A program made the position numbers and the translations under genes. A stretch of 63,102 nt of DNA, counting the filler, from Collodictyon triciliatum (taxonomy: Eukaryota), in assembly GCA_043381765.1 (NCBI GenBank). It is 11 parts of 11 records of this genome, joined end to end, with 100 filler letters (N's around TTAATTAATTAA, not from the genome) between each part and the next. Parts side by side here need not be neighbours in the genome. Positions count along the whole stretch, not along the records: positions 46,754 to 52,490 come from JBHJMP010004987.1; positions 52,591 to 58,350 come from JBHJMP010004988.1; positions 58,451 to 63,102 come from JBHJMP010004992.1; 8 more parts are not named here. The stretch is one strand, 5' to 3'. Numbering within the stretch: position 1 is the stretch's first letter; every line of letters starts with the position of its first letter. The notes below the pieces were generated by a model, which worked only from the letters and a program-made list of their open reading frames with translations, was not told where the DNA came from and did not search any database. Of the stretch, positions 48,068-58,595 are shown piece after piece.

Positions 48068-51000
48068 ATGAGAACAGCACCACTCATGATGTTCCTGTTG
48101 GTGTTGTGCTCCCTTTTTGACTATTCCTTTGCGGGGTGAGCGCTATCTTTTTTAAAAAATACATCGCTTTCTTATGTCTTATTTTGTTCCTAAAATTTTA
48201 GAGCAAAGTGCTCATTTACAAGAGAGGAACTCTTATCCATGCATGTTGAAGACGCTTTCTGGATTCTGTTGGATTATTATGACCAAGAATGTAAAATCAA
48301 TACGAATGGCTCAGGTGGACCTCATCCACCACTCGGAATTACCTTACCTTGTTCGATTGACTACCCAAGAAAGCAAATGGGCTCCGATGAGAGATATGAG
48401 AATATCAATTACTCTACAGAATATACAAGTCTTTTCAAACGAAAAGATAACCCAATATTGAAAGGACTTGTGACTCGACAAAATACTCCAGACTATAAAG
48501 ACATTTCCATGAATGGCACATACAAAGAAAGTCAATATACTCTTTTAGTCCAGTTTTACAATTTGCTTGACGGAGACAACTGGTTGGAAAATAATGGTTG
48601 GAAAAATGAGGATATTCCAATTTGTGAGTGGTTTGGAGTGGGGTGTCTCGACACTTGTTCTGATGAGGAATACCGGGTAGGTCTCCATAATAATAGATTT
48701 GATATAATATGATTTTAAACTGATGGATAATTGCAGGATGACACTTGCCCAATAATTGAACTTTCCCTGCCAAAGAACAATCTTTACGGTGATATCGGGC
48801 GCTCTTCATACATCATGGAACAATTACCGTCTCTAAGAAACATTGATTTGAGCTCCAACTTGATTCATGGAGTCTTACCAGATTTCAATCTACCAAATTT
48901 ATTATCGTTGCAGCTATCTTTGAACCGAATAATAGGAACAATGCCTAATTTTCAAGAAATGCCAAAGATTGAGTATCTAGATATTGAAGGAAATATGCTG
49001 GAAGGTTCAATACCAGACTTCTTAGGAATGCCACTCCTTAATTATTTTTATGTTGGGGTCAGCAAGAAGTTGGCAGGTACAACCACCGTATTATAATGAA
49101 ATTGTCAGAAAATGAATGGTACCAAAAAAAATTGCGCATTAGGAATCTTGCCAGATTTCACAGGATTGCCTTCTTTGCAATTACTCTACATTTACGAAAC
49201 TAGTATATTTGGTAGAAATCCATTATAATTATGTGTATATATATGTGCCTAATTGTCACGCATACCAACTAGATAAGTATGTTAGAATATATAAGCTGCG
49301 CGAAACGAAAGGAGATTTTAATTTTGTGAAAATTCTGAGCCACTTTTTTTTTAAAAAAAAAAATAAAAAAAAATAAACCGGGTGCAATAGGAACTGTTCC
49401 AGATTTCAGCAACCTTCCGAGTATAATGGAATTTTACTTTTTCAACAACCAATTCACAGGTATTGATACGCACTTTTTTTCCTTTATCCGATTCAAAATT
49501 TTGATACACTTTTAATACTCTATTGTCTATATTTCCATTTCAAATTCAAATCAAACGTATCTGTCAATATAATTGATATATGTGTGGAAATAATTGATGC
49601 TATTTTATCATTCCAATTAATATTATAGGCACAGTCCCAAACTTTAGTAGAATACCTTTTGTGAAAAGAATTTATCTCTTCAGCAATCAACTAAGCGGTA
49701 ATTTGTTTGTTTGCTTGTTTGTTTGTTTGTTTGTTTGCTTGTTTGTTTGTTTGTTTGTTTGCTTGTTTGTTTGTTTGTTTGTTTGCTTGCTTGTTTGTTT
49801 GTTTTGATTCACATGCTCACATGATGTATTTTGTGTTTATTTTTCAAACCTTACTTAATTTTTCTTTTTTAGGAACGATTCCTGACTTTGATGGTATTCC
49901 ACTTGTCACTGATATCATTATCTCAAGCAATCAATTAATAGGTAAATTTGCATATATGACCAACTTTATAATATTTAGAGATATAATATAGTTTTCTTTA
50001 CTCAGGGACGATACCCGACTTTAAGAGTATTCCATACATCAGTCTATTATTTTCTAATAGCAATCAAATTAATGGTAAAACATTATGATTAAATTGCTTG
50101 TTTTGTAAGGAAATAGAATAAAATACGATAGGTATATTTTGTCTAAATTTAATTGTCTTCTTACAGGAACGATTCCAGACTTTAGAAGCATTCCTAATGT
50201 TTACATGTTTGGTTTTTCTAACAACCAACTGAGTGGTAATTGATTGTTGCTTGTGTTTTTGTTTATTCCAACTAATGGTGACTATATCTATGAAGGATTT
50301 ATGATATAGGCACTTAAACTATTTACTACAGGGACTATTCCAGAATTTAGTGGTACAAACACTGTGGATTATATCGATATTTCAAACAATAATATTTCAG
50401 GTCGATATAGAGCCATGCTATAATTTATATCATTGTTACAATATAGTACTGTTCAAACAATTATGTGGTAGAGTATTGATTCAACTAAAAATATAGGAAG
50501 TATACCTAACTTTAAGGGGTTTTCTAGAATAAGAGCGCTGGATCTCTCTAGGAACAATTTAACTGGTATTTTGGGTACATCTTTTGAATTCTATATGTCT
50601 AATTCTGACTGTAGGTATGCTAGGTACTATTCCAAATTTTTCAAGTCTTGCAACAATCGAATATCTGTCAGTTTACAACAACCAGCTCGAAGGAAGAATC
50701 CCGAACTTTGAAAATTGTCCAAAATTAAATGAAACTGTTCTATTTAGAAACAATCTAAGTGGTTATTTGCCTTCATTCAAACTGCCTTATCTAATTAATA
50801 TGGATGTTAGCGAAAATCTAATTATTGGCTCTATTCCAAATAACTGGGAAATTCCGTCAATACAGAGCATCGATTTATCAAGAAATAGGATGAGTGGCAC
50901 CGTTCCAGCTTATATCGAGGAGTTTTTGCAGCTGAACTCACTTACATTATCCCACAATCAATTCACTGGAAGTATGCCAGACTACTTCTGGAATCTGCCA

Positions 51001-52226
51001 AATCTTGTATCAATAGACTTAAGAAGCAATTCATTTTCTGGTGATGTGGGTATTTTTATTTCCCCAACTGACCCAGTTACAGAGAGGTATGTTTTCTTTT
51101 ACAAATTCCTCAACCTCGACGACAATGAACTTTCTGGAGAACTTAATTGGAGGATTTTTGGTTATGTACAAAATGTGAAAACAATCAGCCTAAGGAATAA
51201 TAAAATAACTAACCTTGGTGAGTTAATTAGTTTGGTTACATGGACCTATCTTGACCTTTCTGGTAATCCTATTGTTGGGAATATCCCTGATTCATACAAC
51301 CGATTTACCAAACTTGAATACCTGGGATTGAAAAATACATCCATGAGCCATGGAAAGACCAACTATCTGCCCCATTTTATGAATTACACAGACCCGTTCA
51401 ATCTAGAAGACGAATCAAAACGTTATCTTTGTCCATCAATCATATCCAATTCAAGTCTTGTTAAAGCAGATGTAGATTTGAGCCCGAGTTACTATGGCTA
51501 CCAATTTTGCAAATGCTTGCCTGGTTACTTTGGCTTTGGTAACAACTGCATCCAATGCCCCAGGGAGTGTGAATGCATAGACGGAATTACCTTGAACTAT
51601 TGTCACGCCTCACCAAACGTGATTCAAGTTCAACAAATTCTTCTATGTCCACGCCCAGATTCATGCAAAACATTTATTCCTTACAAATCAACCCAAAGAA
51701 ATACAACAGCCAAAGTCACAACTGTCTGCCAACCCGGATATGAAGGACATGCATGCTCAAAGTGTCAAGAAGGATATGGCATGCAAGGGAGAATCTGCGT
51801 GAAATGCAAAGATGAAACAATCTACTCGACAGTGTTTTTTGGCACCATGGGTTTCTGCTTGTTTTTGTCTCATCTTTACAACTCTGAAACATCGAAAACC
51901 GGTAATTCAAAAGTCATGTATCACTAAAATTAAATAAATTAAAATGAAATACTAATTATGGATAAAACGTAGCGGATATTCGAATCATTATGCTCCACAT
52001 GCAAACCCTATCCATTATTTCTGCCGGGCTTGTACAATCAGACGACACAAACAAGTTTCTTGGAGCTTCCTCTTCCATCGGTTCTATACAACTTCCAAAT
52101 CTTTCATGCACTTTTGGCCTAGACAATATGTTCGATTCTCTTTTGCTCAGTTTTGCCAGAATTCCCATTTTCATCGGTTTTGGCTGTGGTTTCTACTACT
52201 TTGGAGATAGGCATATCCAGAATAAG
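48068..52226 (+). CDS. LRR receptor-like protein: signal peptide, LRRNT cap, plant-type LRRs, Cys-rich/EGF-like region, multi-TM C-terminus; 3' truncated
   Basis: MRTAPLMMFLLVLCSLFDYSFAG, then W...CEWFGVGC cap and LxxLxLxxNxLxGxIP repeats, CKCLPGYFG and CQPGYEGHACSKC, then hydrophobic helices including IIMLHMQTL. Confidence 0.88.
49463..49513 (-). mobile_element. About 23-bp LINE 3'-end micro-insertion with imperfect TSD, in an LRR-gene intron
   Basis: TTGATACGCACTTTT (49463-49477) and TTGATACACTTTT (49501-49513) flank TTTCCTTTATCCGATTCAAAATT. Confidence 0.65.
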
Positions 52227-52590
52227 GTATTACATACGTTCATATGCGCTTTATCTAATATGATTCCGTTTCTTCCTTTTTTTTCTTTTTCTTTTCTTTT
52301 TTCTTTTCTTTTTTCTTTTCTTTTTTCTTTTCTTTTTTCTTTTCTTTTTTCTTTTCTTTTTTCTTTTTTCTTTTTTCTTTTTTATTTTTTATTTTTTCTT
52401 TTTTATTTTTTCTTTTCCTTTTTTTCTTTTTTTCTTTTTTTTCTTTTTTTCTTTTTTTTCTTTTTTTTTCTTTTTTTTCTTTTTTTTCTTNNNNNNNNNN
52501 NNNNNNNNNNNNNNNNNNNNNNNNNNNNNNNNNNTTAATTAATTAANNNNNNNNNNNNNNNNNNNNNNNNNNNNNNNNNNNNNNNNNNNN

Positions 52591-52752
52591 AGAGTGAGAG
52601 AGTGAGAGAGTGAGAGAGTGAGAGAGTGAGAGAGTGAGAGAGTGAGAGAGTGAGAGAGTGAGAGAGTGAGAGAGTGAGAGAGAGAGAGAGAGAGTGAGAG
52701 AGTGAGAGAGAGAGAGAGTGAGAGAGAGAGTGTGTGTGAGAGTGAGAGAGAG
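52591..52752. repeat. (GAGAGAGT)n / (GA)n microsatellite at the scaffold edge
   Basis: Read directly. Confidence 0.9.
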
Positions 52753-53711
52753 GGTTGAAGTCATAGTATCTACCACGAGATACAAAATTGAGTGAATTGC
52801 AGGTAAAATCCCCAATAATGTTTCTGCACGATCATGTAAAAACAACCCGATCAACGCACAACCCAGGATGTGACATGATCTTAAGGAGAATCGCATATAC
52901 TTAGAGCACCCCAGGTTGGCAAGCCACACTTTGCAGCATTAGTGCTAACGCGCGGGCTCACGCCAAAATGTCCTTTTCAATATTTTTCGGGTTCTTGGTG
53001 GAGAAAACAAAGAAAAGCATATGATTTTTGTACCCACTCGAACCCTGGGCATCCATCTTTCTCTGTGAGCCGACTGTGCTCGGTTTTCATGCCGCAGGCG
53101 GGTTGCTGGGTTGTCACACGCAAGGCAGTTTTAATTGCCAACTCAAAAGGACTCGCCCAGATTCGGATTATCCTTTTGTGCATTGGGAAGACTTCACCTT
53201 CTTTGGAGAATCGAAGCTATTACCAAATTTGGATAAAATGTGCATGCTTTTGAGGGCAGATGATGCTTTAGGCACCCACCAAAAAAATAATGTGCTGGAT
53301 GGTCTTTCCCGATGCCACCCACAGGCAGCCGCTAGAATATGAATCCGTCTTGCAGGCGAAGCCGTAAACTGCGAGCCAGCTCTGCCATACAGGGGAGATA
53401 AAGATGCAATGGTTTTCGAAGTGGGGGTTTCGCTTCTGCTTCCTCCTCTATTAACTCGCCTTAGATGCCCCGACGCCCTGCTGGCGAGTTCTTTGGGGGA
53501 CTAATGCTCATCAACCGAAGGAAGCTTCAAGGAATTTTATTTTTCTTCGCCCTAGGAAGTTTTTTTGGGGTGTAATTTATTGCATGAATCATGTCGACCT
53601 TGCTTGCATTCTTAACCGACAGCCGATTTTGACGTTGCTTTTCAGAGGAGTGGGAAATCATGTCCGCTTCACACCCTGGAGAGTGTGATAGGGTTATAGT
53701 TATTTTCCCTA

Positions 53712-55172
53712 CTTCATTCGATTCAAAGTGTAGCGAGGTTATGCCATACAAAGGGGCGGTATGGGAGCGCGTGGTAGAGAGCAAACGCGAGTAGTAAAAG
53801 ACACAACTATGGAGAGGCCAGTACTGCAAAGAAATCAGTGATAGCGAGTTGGTCGGGTGGTCGACCCAACTGGTTGATTGGTTGCGTGGGTAGCAGGGGT
53901 TGGATATGCTGTGGGAGATATCGCACGACACATTCCCACATCTCTCTTCGCTTGCGGTCAGAGTAGCGAAGAATGCGGGCGTGTTTCAGCAGGCTTTACA
54001 GCCTGGATACATTGATTTCTCGTTCGGATGAATCGTTGGAGCGAGAGAATGTACGCACACTTCATAAGAACCACAGCATATGTCCCCTTGTGACTGTCCA
54101 GAGTATTCTAGAGTCGTGGGTCATTTGGTATTGTGGGTCAAACAGAATGTCAGACGCGCTGAGATGGTTGGGAACATAATCAAGCTCAGAGAGCATCTCG
54201 TGGGTAGATTCTGTTACTTTTTGAGCCAGAGAGTACTCCACAAATGTATGTTCGATAGAGTCATCTCCACTATGGCACATGGTGCACTCTGGAGAGGTCG
54301 TTGTTGCATGGACTACACGCGCACCTATCCACAGCTCTCTGTTGGAGATATTGAGAAGTGGGGCGCGGTGTTTCGGGAGTAGCTGAGGTATACGGGCTTG
54401 CTTCCAGCTTTTTACTATCGGCGGGTCTTTAATGCCTATAGTTTCGGCCCAACGACTCATCTTCTCCGGTTTGTAGGGATTCGGACTGATGATTTTATAT
54501 TGATTGAACGTTTCAATACAAAATGTATCCATAAAAAAATCGACAAAGTATTGCAATCTAACACTTTGAATGCATACGCTGAACGAAGCTCTGGCGTGGG
54601 AAAATTGACCATTCATTCAGTGTTTATTCATGTGTGGGGCTGAGTGAAGCTTTAATTATTCCTTAGCAAGGTGCTTGTTGAGTAGCTGCTGCAGACTAGT
54701 GAGGGATAGCTGGGGCACGCCAAATACGCCCTGGAGTGTAGAATCACAGTTGATGGCACGACCTTGGTTGAGCTTGTTGGCCTTTGCATAATCCCAGCTG
54801 AATATCCCATCATAATATTAAGGTTACATAGTTAATGGCAATCTTTCGAGATTGATGGCAGATGAAAAAATATTAGTTCTTAATGAGGGTTCATATACGA
54901 AGGACTCCAACGCTATATCGTAGAAGTGACTAAGTAATCGAATGTGATGAATTTGGAGTGGCATTCTATTCCACTTAAATCGACGATGGGCCCGGAATAT
55001 ATAGTAAAAGCGATGCAGTTGCTTACATAGCCTTGGTTATCTCATGACGTGTTCCTTGCTCCTTCTGGACGAATTTACTAAGCTCAGGAGAGAGTATGTA
55101 GTTTGTCATCAATCGCTTGGCACGGGCCTTTGTGAGTCAGGGAAGGTTAGGCAGAAGCCACTTAGTCCTCGT
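53712..55172 (-). mobile_element. 5'-truncated, decayed L1/Tx1-clade LINE: ORF2 C-terminus (zf-RVT) plus 3' UTR
   Basis: SPECTMCHSGDDSIEHTFVEY (CX2CX7HX4C with the last Cys lost) and downstream LWFL. Broken GGxxLPNL-like motif near 55150; many stops and frameshifts; 3' end shared with the micro-insertions. Confidence 0.8.
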
Positions 55173-56319
55173 TTAGACTTTGCATTGTTGGTCTAGACAT
55201 GTCAAAGTGATATCATAGAGTATAATTTTTCTCACAGCATTGACGCTCATTTCTTTTCCTGGGTGATGGGCGTTTTCTTTTCTTTTCTTTCTAAAATAAA
55301 AAAAAATAACTGGTAAGGAGGAAGACGAAAAACAAAACAAAAGAAAAAGTATGAGAAAGGCAACAAGATATCCAGCTGCAGATCGCATCCCAAAATCCGA
55401 GGATGTGTCCTTCTTTTCCTCCTGTCTCTCACTAAATCTTTTCTTGCCGCACTTGTGCCTATTTGATTTCTAACTTGCACAATAGGCTAGAGAAGGTTGC
55501 GAAACTGGGGCGCCGAATGATTTTTTTTTTCTATGCATCATGGTGCTGGACTAACCATTTGCACGGAATATATGTGTTTTAAAGAGTTAAAAAAAATAAT
55601 TGTATTTTGCAGTATATTTGTACTGCTTCAGCAGGCGCTGTTGGGTAAATGAATCCTCGGCCGAGGGTTGAGCTCGCCTGGATGGGGAAGGGCGCCACCG
55701 ATTCTCATGTCGCGTTGATTCATCTGCTGGCGCGGGCGGTTGTTCTTTCCAGCGAATTAGATTACAGTTTATTTACTTGTGGAAATTAATTACAAATCGA
55801 TTATTTTTCAAGTAACTATCTCTTAAATCGATACAACCAGGATGGAAAGCCTTGTGCAATATAGCTTCCTGAACAGCTTGCTGAAATACATCCACATTCT
55901 TTGTTATCGCTACCGCAAGCAAATAGAGATGTGGGAATGATTTGTGCATGTATTTGTATTGTTATCATTCTCCCAGAAGCCACTCTGCCATCTAGTGACT
56001 TTTTTTTTCATCGCCAGGAATAGAAGTCATTGCCCTTACTTTTGCGATGAATGACTGATTGAACCTTCCAGATACTTGGAGTTTGTTTATGGGGCCAAGG
56101 AGGGTTTTCTAAAAATTAAAAAAAAATAACAATAATTATGAGATGAGAACCTGCAAACCACTGCAACGCTCCAGGATGGATATGAGGCGGGGAAAAGAGT
56201 TTTGGCAATGCTCTGTGCCTCTTTTTGAAGGGAAAACGAGCACAATACACCCCACTAACAACCCAACCGGGTGCGGCTGGAGAAATGTGACTTGTCTTCC
56301 ACCAAAATATAATCTGAAT

Positions 56320-56391
56320 TGCCACCAGCGTGAATCGAACACGCGATCCTCTGCTTACGAGGCAGATGCCTTGCCACTGGGCCATGGCGGC
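56320..56391 (-). tRNA. tRNA-Thr (anticodon CGT), intronless
   Basis: Folds as acceptor GCCGCCA/TGGTGGC, D arm GCCC-AGTGGCA-AGGC, anticodon arm TCTGC-CTCGTAA-GCAGA and T arm GCGTG-TTCGATT-CACGC; discriminator A; a T4 run lies shortly downstream. Confidence 0.92.
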
Positions 56392-56909
56392 CTTCCGTAC
56401 TTCCGTATGAGAGTCTATAATATATTATGTGATAAATCCTTGTCGGTTGTGTGATACATCATGAAGTAAAAATTCCTAGACTCTGTGTTATTCTGATGAC
56501 TTGTAATTCTTTGCCAGTATAATGATTTTACTGCGAGAGCAGCACCGCTGTTAAAGAACTGATAACAAATTTACAGCTCAAACACAGAGAAAAGATAAGA
56601 AAAGGTTCTTCTGAAGTATTTTATTGTGCCTTGCCCAATCAAGCGCGGAGCCGATTAAAGCACAAGCCTTTCCGCGACAGCCAACATCAGCCGGGAGTCA
56701 TCATCAAGACGGCAGAGTATAGCTGCAGAGCAACTGGGTTGCGAGGACTCCACTTTTCGTCTTCATCTTCATCTCCTTTGCCTTCTATTTCAGTTTGGTG
56801 GGCGACAGGCTGGCAAGAGAGTGGGATGGACGTCTTGGATGAAGAGACAAAGAAGCTGAAGAAAAAGAGAAGGGAAAAGAGACCTTCGCCAAATTGGCCG
56901 AGAAAATCC

Positions 56910-58076
56910 TTACTGCGGCTGGGGCTGCTGAGGCGGGTATGCGCACACATATTCCTGTGGCTGATAAGGCTGGGGCGGATGAGGCTGAGACGGATAAGGC
57001 TGAGGCGGATAAGGCTGAGACGGATAAGGCTGAGACGGATATTCCTGAGGCGGATAAGGCTGAGACGGATATTCCTGAGGCGGATAAGGCTGAGACGGAT
57101 ATTCCTGAGGCGGATAAGGCTGAGGCAGCTGAGCGGGGTGGGCGTAGGGATACTCGTGGGGCGGGGTGTGAAGCAGGCGGGTGTTTCCGACAAAGATGGG
57201 GAGGGCGACGTTGAGGTTGAGGACGAAGGAGGGCATGACGAGGACGGCGACGAGGGCGTAGGAGATGGTGAGGATTTTGGAGGCGAAGGAGGGGGTGAGC
57301 AGGGCGGGGAGGCGGGCGTCGCCGGCGAGGACGAGGGCGAGGGTGCCGGGGGCGACGGGGTCGGGGAAGTCGAGGAGGGCGTGGTCGGTGGTGGAGGCCT
57401 CGTGGGCGCCCTGTGCGCGGTAGTCGACCGTCTGGCGCAGCAGCACGCGGACGGCGGCGACGGGGCGGTCGGTGGGGTTGCTGACCGTGACGGTGGGGCG
57501 CACGACGTCGCCGGGGACGGCCCCCGTGGCAGGCAGGTGCAGGCGCGCCGCGATGGGCGGGGACGCGCAGCACAGGCAGCAGATGGTCTTTGTGTCGTGC
57601 GCCTCGGCCGGCATCAGCAGCCGTGCAGCCGCCGCGTCATAGACGCCCGCCACGCTGGGCCGCAGCTGCGCGGTGGGGTCCACCTGCCACGCCAGGTCGA
57701 TGTTGGCCTCCAGCCCGTAGCGGATGTACCCGTGCGCCCCTGCAAAGGCCGGCGGGTACTCGCGCCCGGCCTCCAGGCGGATGCAGAACGGGAACCGGTA
57801 CTCCCCCGGCGCAAGCGAGTCCCCCGCCCCCTGCGCGTGCGCCTCCCACACGTGGAACTTCTCCTCCAGGAACGTGCTTGTGGCCGAGTAGTGTCGCCGG
57901 CTGTCGCCGCTGCCCTTGGAGAAGCTTGCGTGCACCTTGCCCGTCAGCTCCACCTTGATCTTGCGCGGCTTGATGGTCTTGTGCACGACCACGTGCACGC
58001 TCCCCCGCATCTCCTGCCCCGCCGCATACTCCAGCTTCTCCCCCTCCATCTCGAACCGGATGTCGGCGTCCTTCAT
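56910..58076 (-). CDS. Alpha-arrestin (arrestin N and C domains) with Pro/Gln/Tyr repeat tail; intronless, very GC-rich
   Basis: YAAGQEMRGSV, LAPGEYRFPFCIRL, PPAFAGAHGYIRY, KTICCLCCASPPI, LLTPSF...ISYAL and LPIFVG; tail of (PPQEYPSQPY)n. Confidence 0.92.
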   Translation of the reverse strand: MKDADIRFEMEGEKLEYAAGQEMRGSVHVVVHKTIKPRKIKVELTGKVHASFSKGSGDSRRHYSATSTFLEEKFHVWEAHAQGAGDSLAPGEYRFPFCIRLEAGREYPPAFAGAHGYIRYGLEANIDLAWQVDPTAQLRPSVAGVYDAAAARLLMPAEAHDTKTICCLCCASPPIAARLHLPATGAVPGDVVRPTVTVSNPTDRPVAAVRVLLRQTVDYRAQGAHEASTTDHALLDFPDPVAPGTLALVLAGDARLPALLTPSFASKILTISYALVAVLVMPSFVLNLNVALPIFVGNTRLLHTPPHEYPYAHPAQLPQPYPPQEYPSQPYPPQEYPSQPYPPQEYPSQPYPSQPYPPQPYPSQPHPPQPYQPQEYVCAYPPQQPQPQ

Positions 58077-58233
58077 TCCTGCGGCCTGCGGTCCGTCGGT
58101 TGCTGTGCGTCTGCTGCGCGGGTTGTCAGGGTTGTGCTGAGAGTGCTGGGCGTGCGAAAGAAAAAGAAGAAGAAAAAAAAAGGAAAGAAGGAGAGGAGGA
58201 AAGGAGGAGGAAGGAGGTTGCTTGTGGCAAAGG

Positions 58234-58297
58234 GTGTGTGTCTTTGTGTGTGTCTTTGTGTGTGTGTGTGTGTTTGTGTGTGTGTGTTGTGTGTGTC

Positions 58298-58350
<53 letters not shown>
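58234..58350. repeat. (GT)n microsatellite at the scaffold edge
   Basis: Read directly. Confidence 0.95.
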
Positions 58351-58453
58351 NNNNNNNNNNNNNNNNNNNNNNNNNNNNNNNNNNNNNNNNNNNNTTAATT
58401 AATTAANNNNNNNNNNNNNNNNNNNNNNNNNNNNNNNNNNNNNNNNNNNNAAA

Positions 58454-58525
<72 letters not shown>

Positions 58526-58595
58526 ATTTTAAAAAAAAAAAAAAAAAAAAAAAACTCGTATCATTAATCATCCACGCTTTTTGACGTGCAAACAG

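Noticed and set aside
53712-56391. tRNA-targeted retrotransposon (Dictyostelium TRE-like)
   Set aside because: The LINE remnant is more than 1.1 kb from the tRNA, and related micro-insertions sit in introns at TT/AAAA-type sites.
56631-58406. 591-aa plus-strand ORF and other overlapping ORFs
   Set aside because: Antisense shadow of the GC-rich arrestin gene, running into microsatellite and N.
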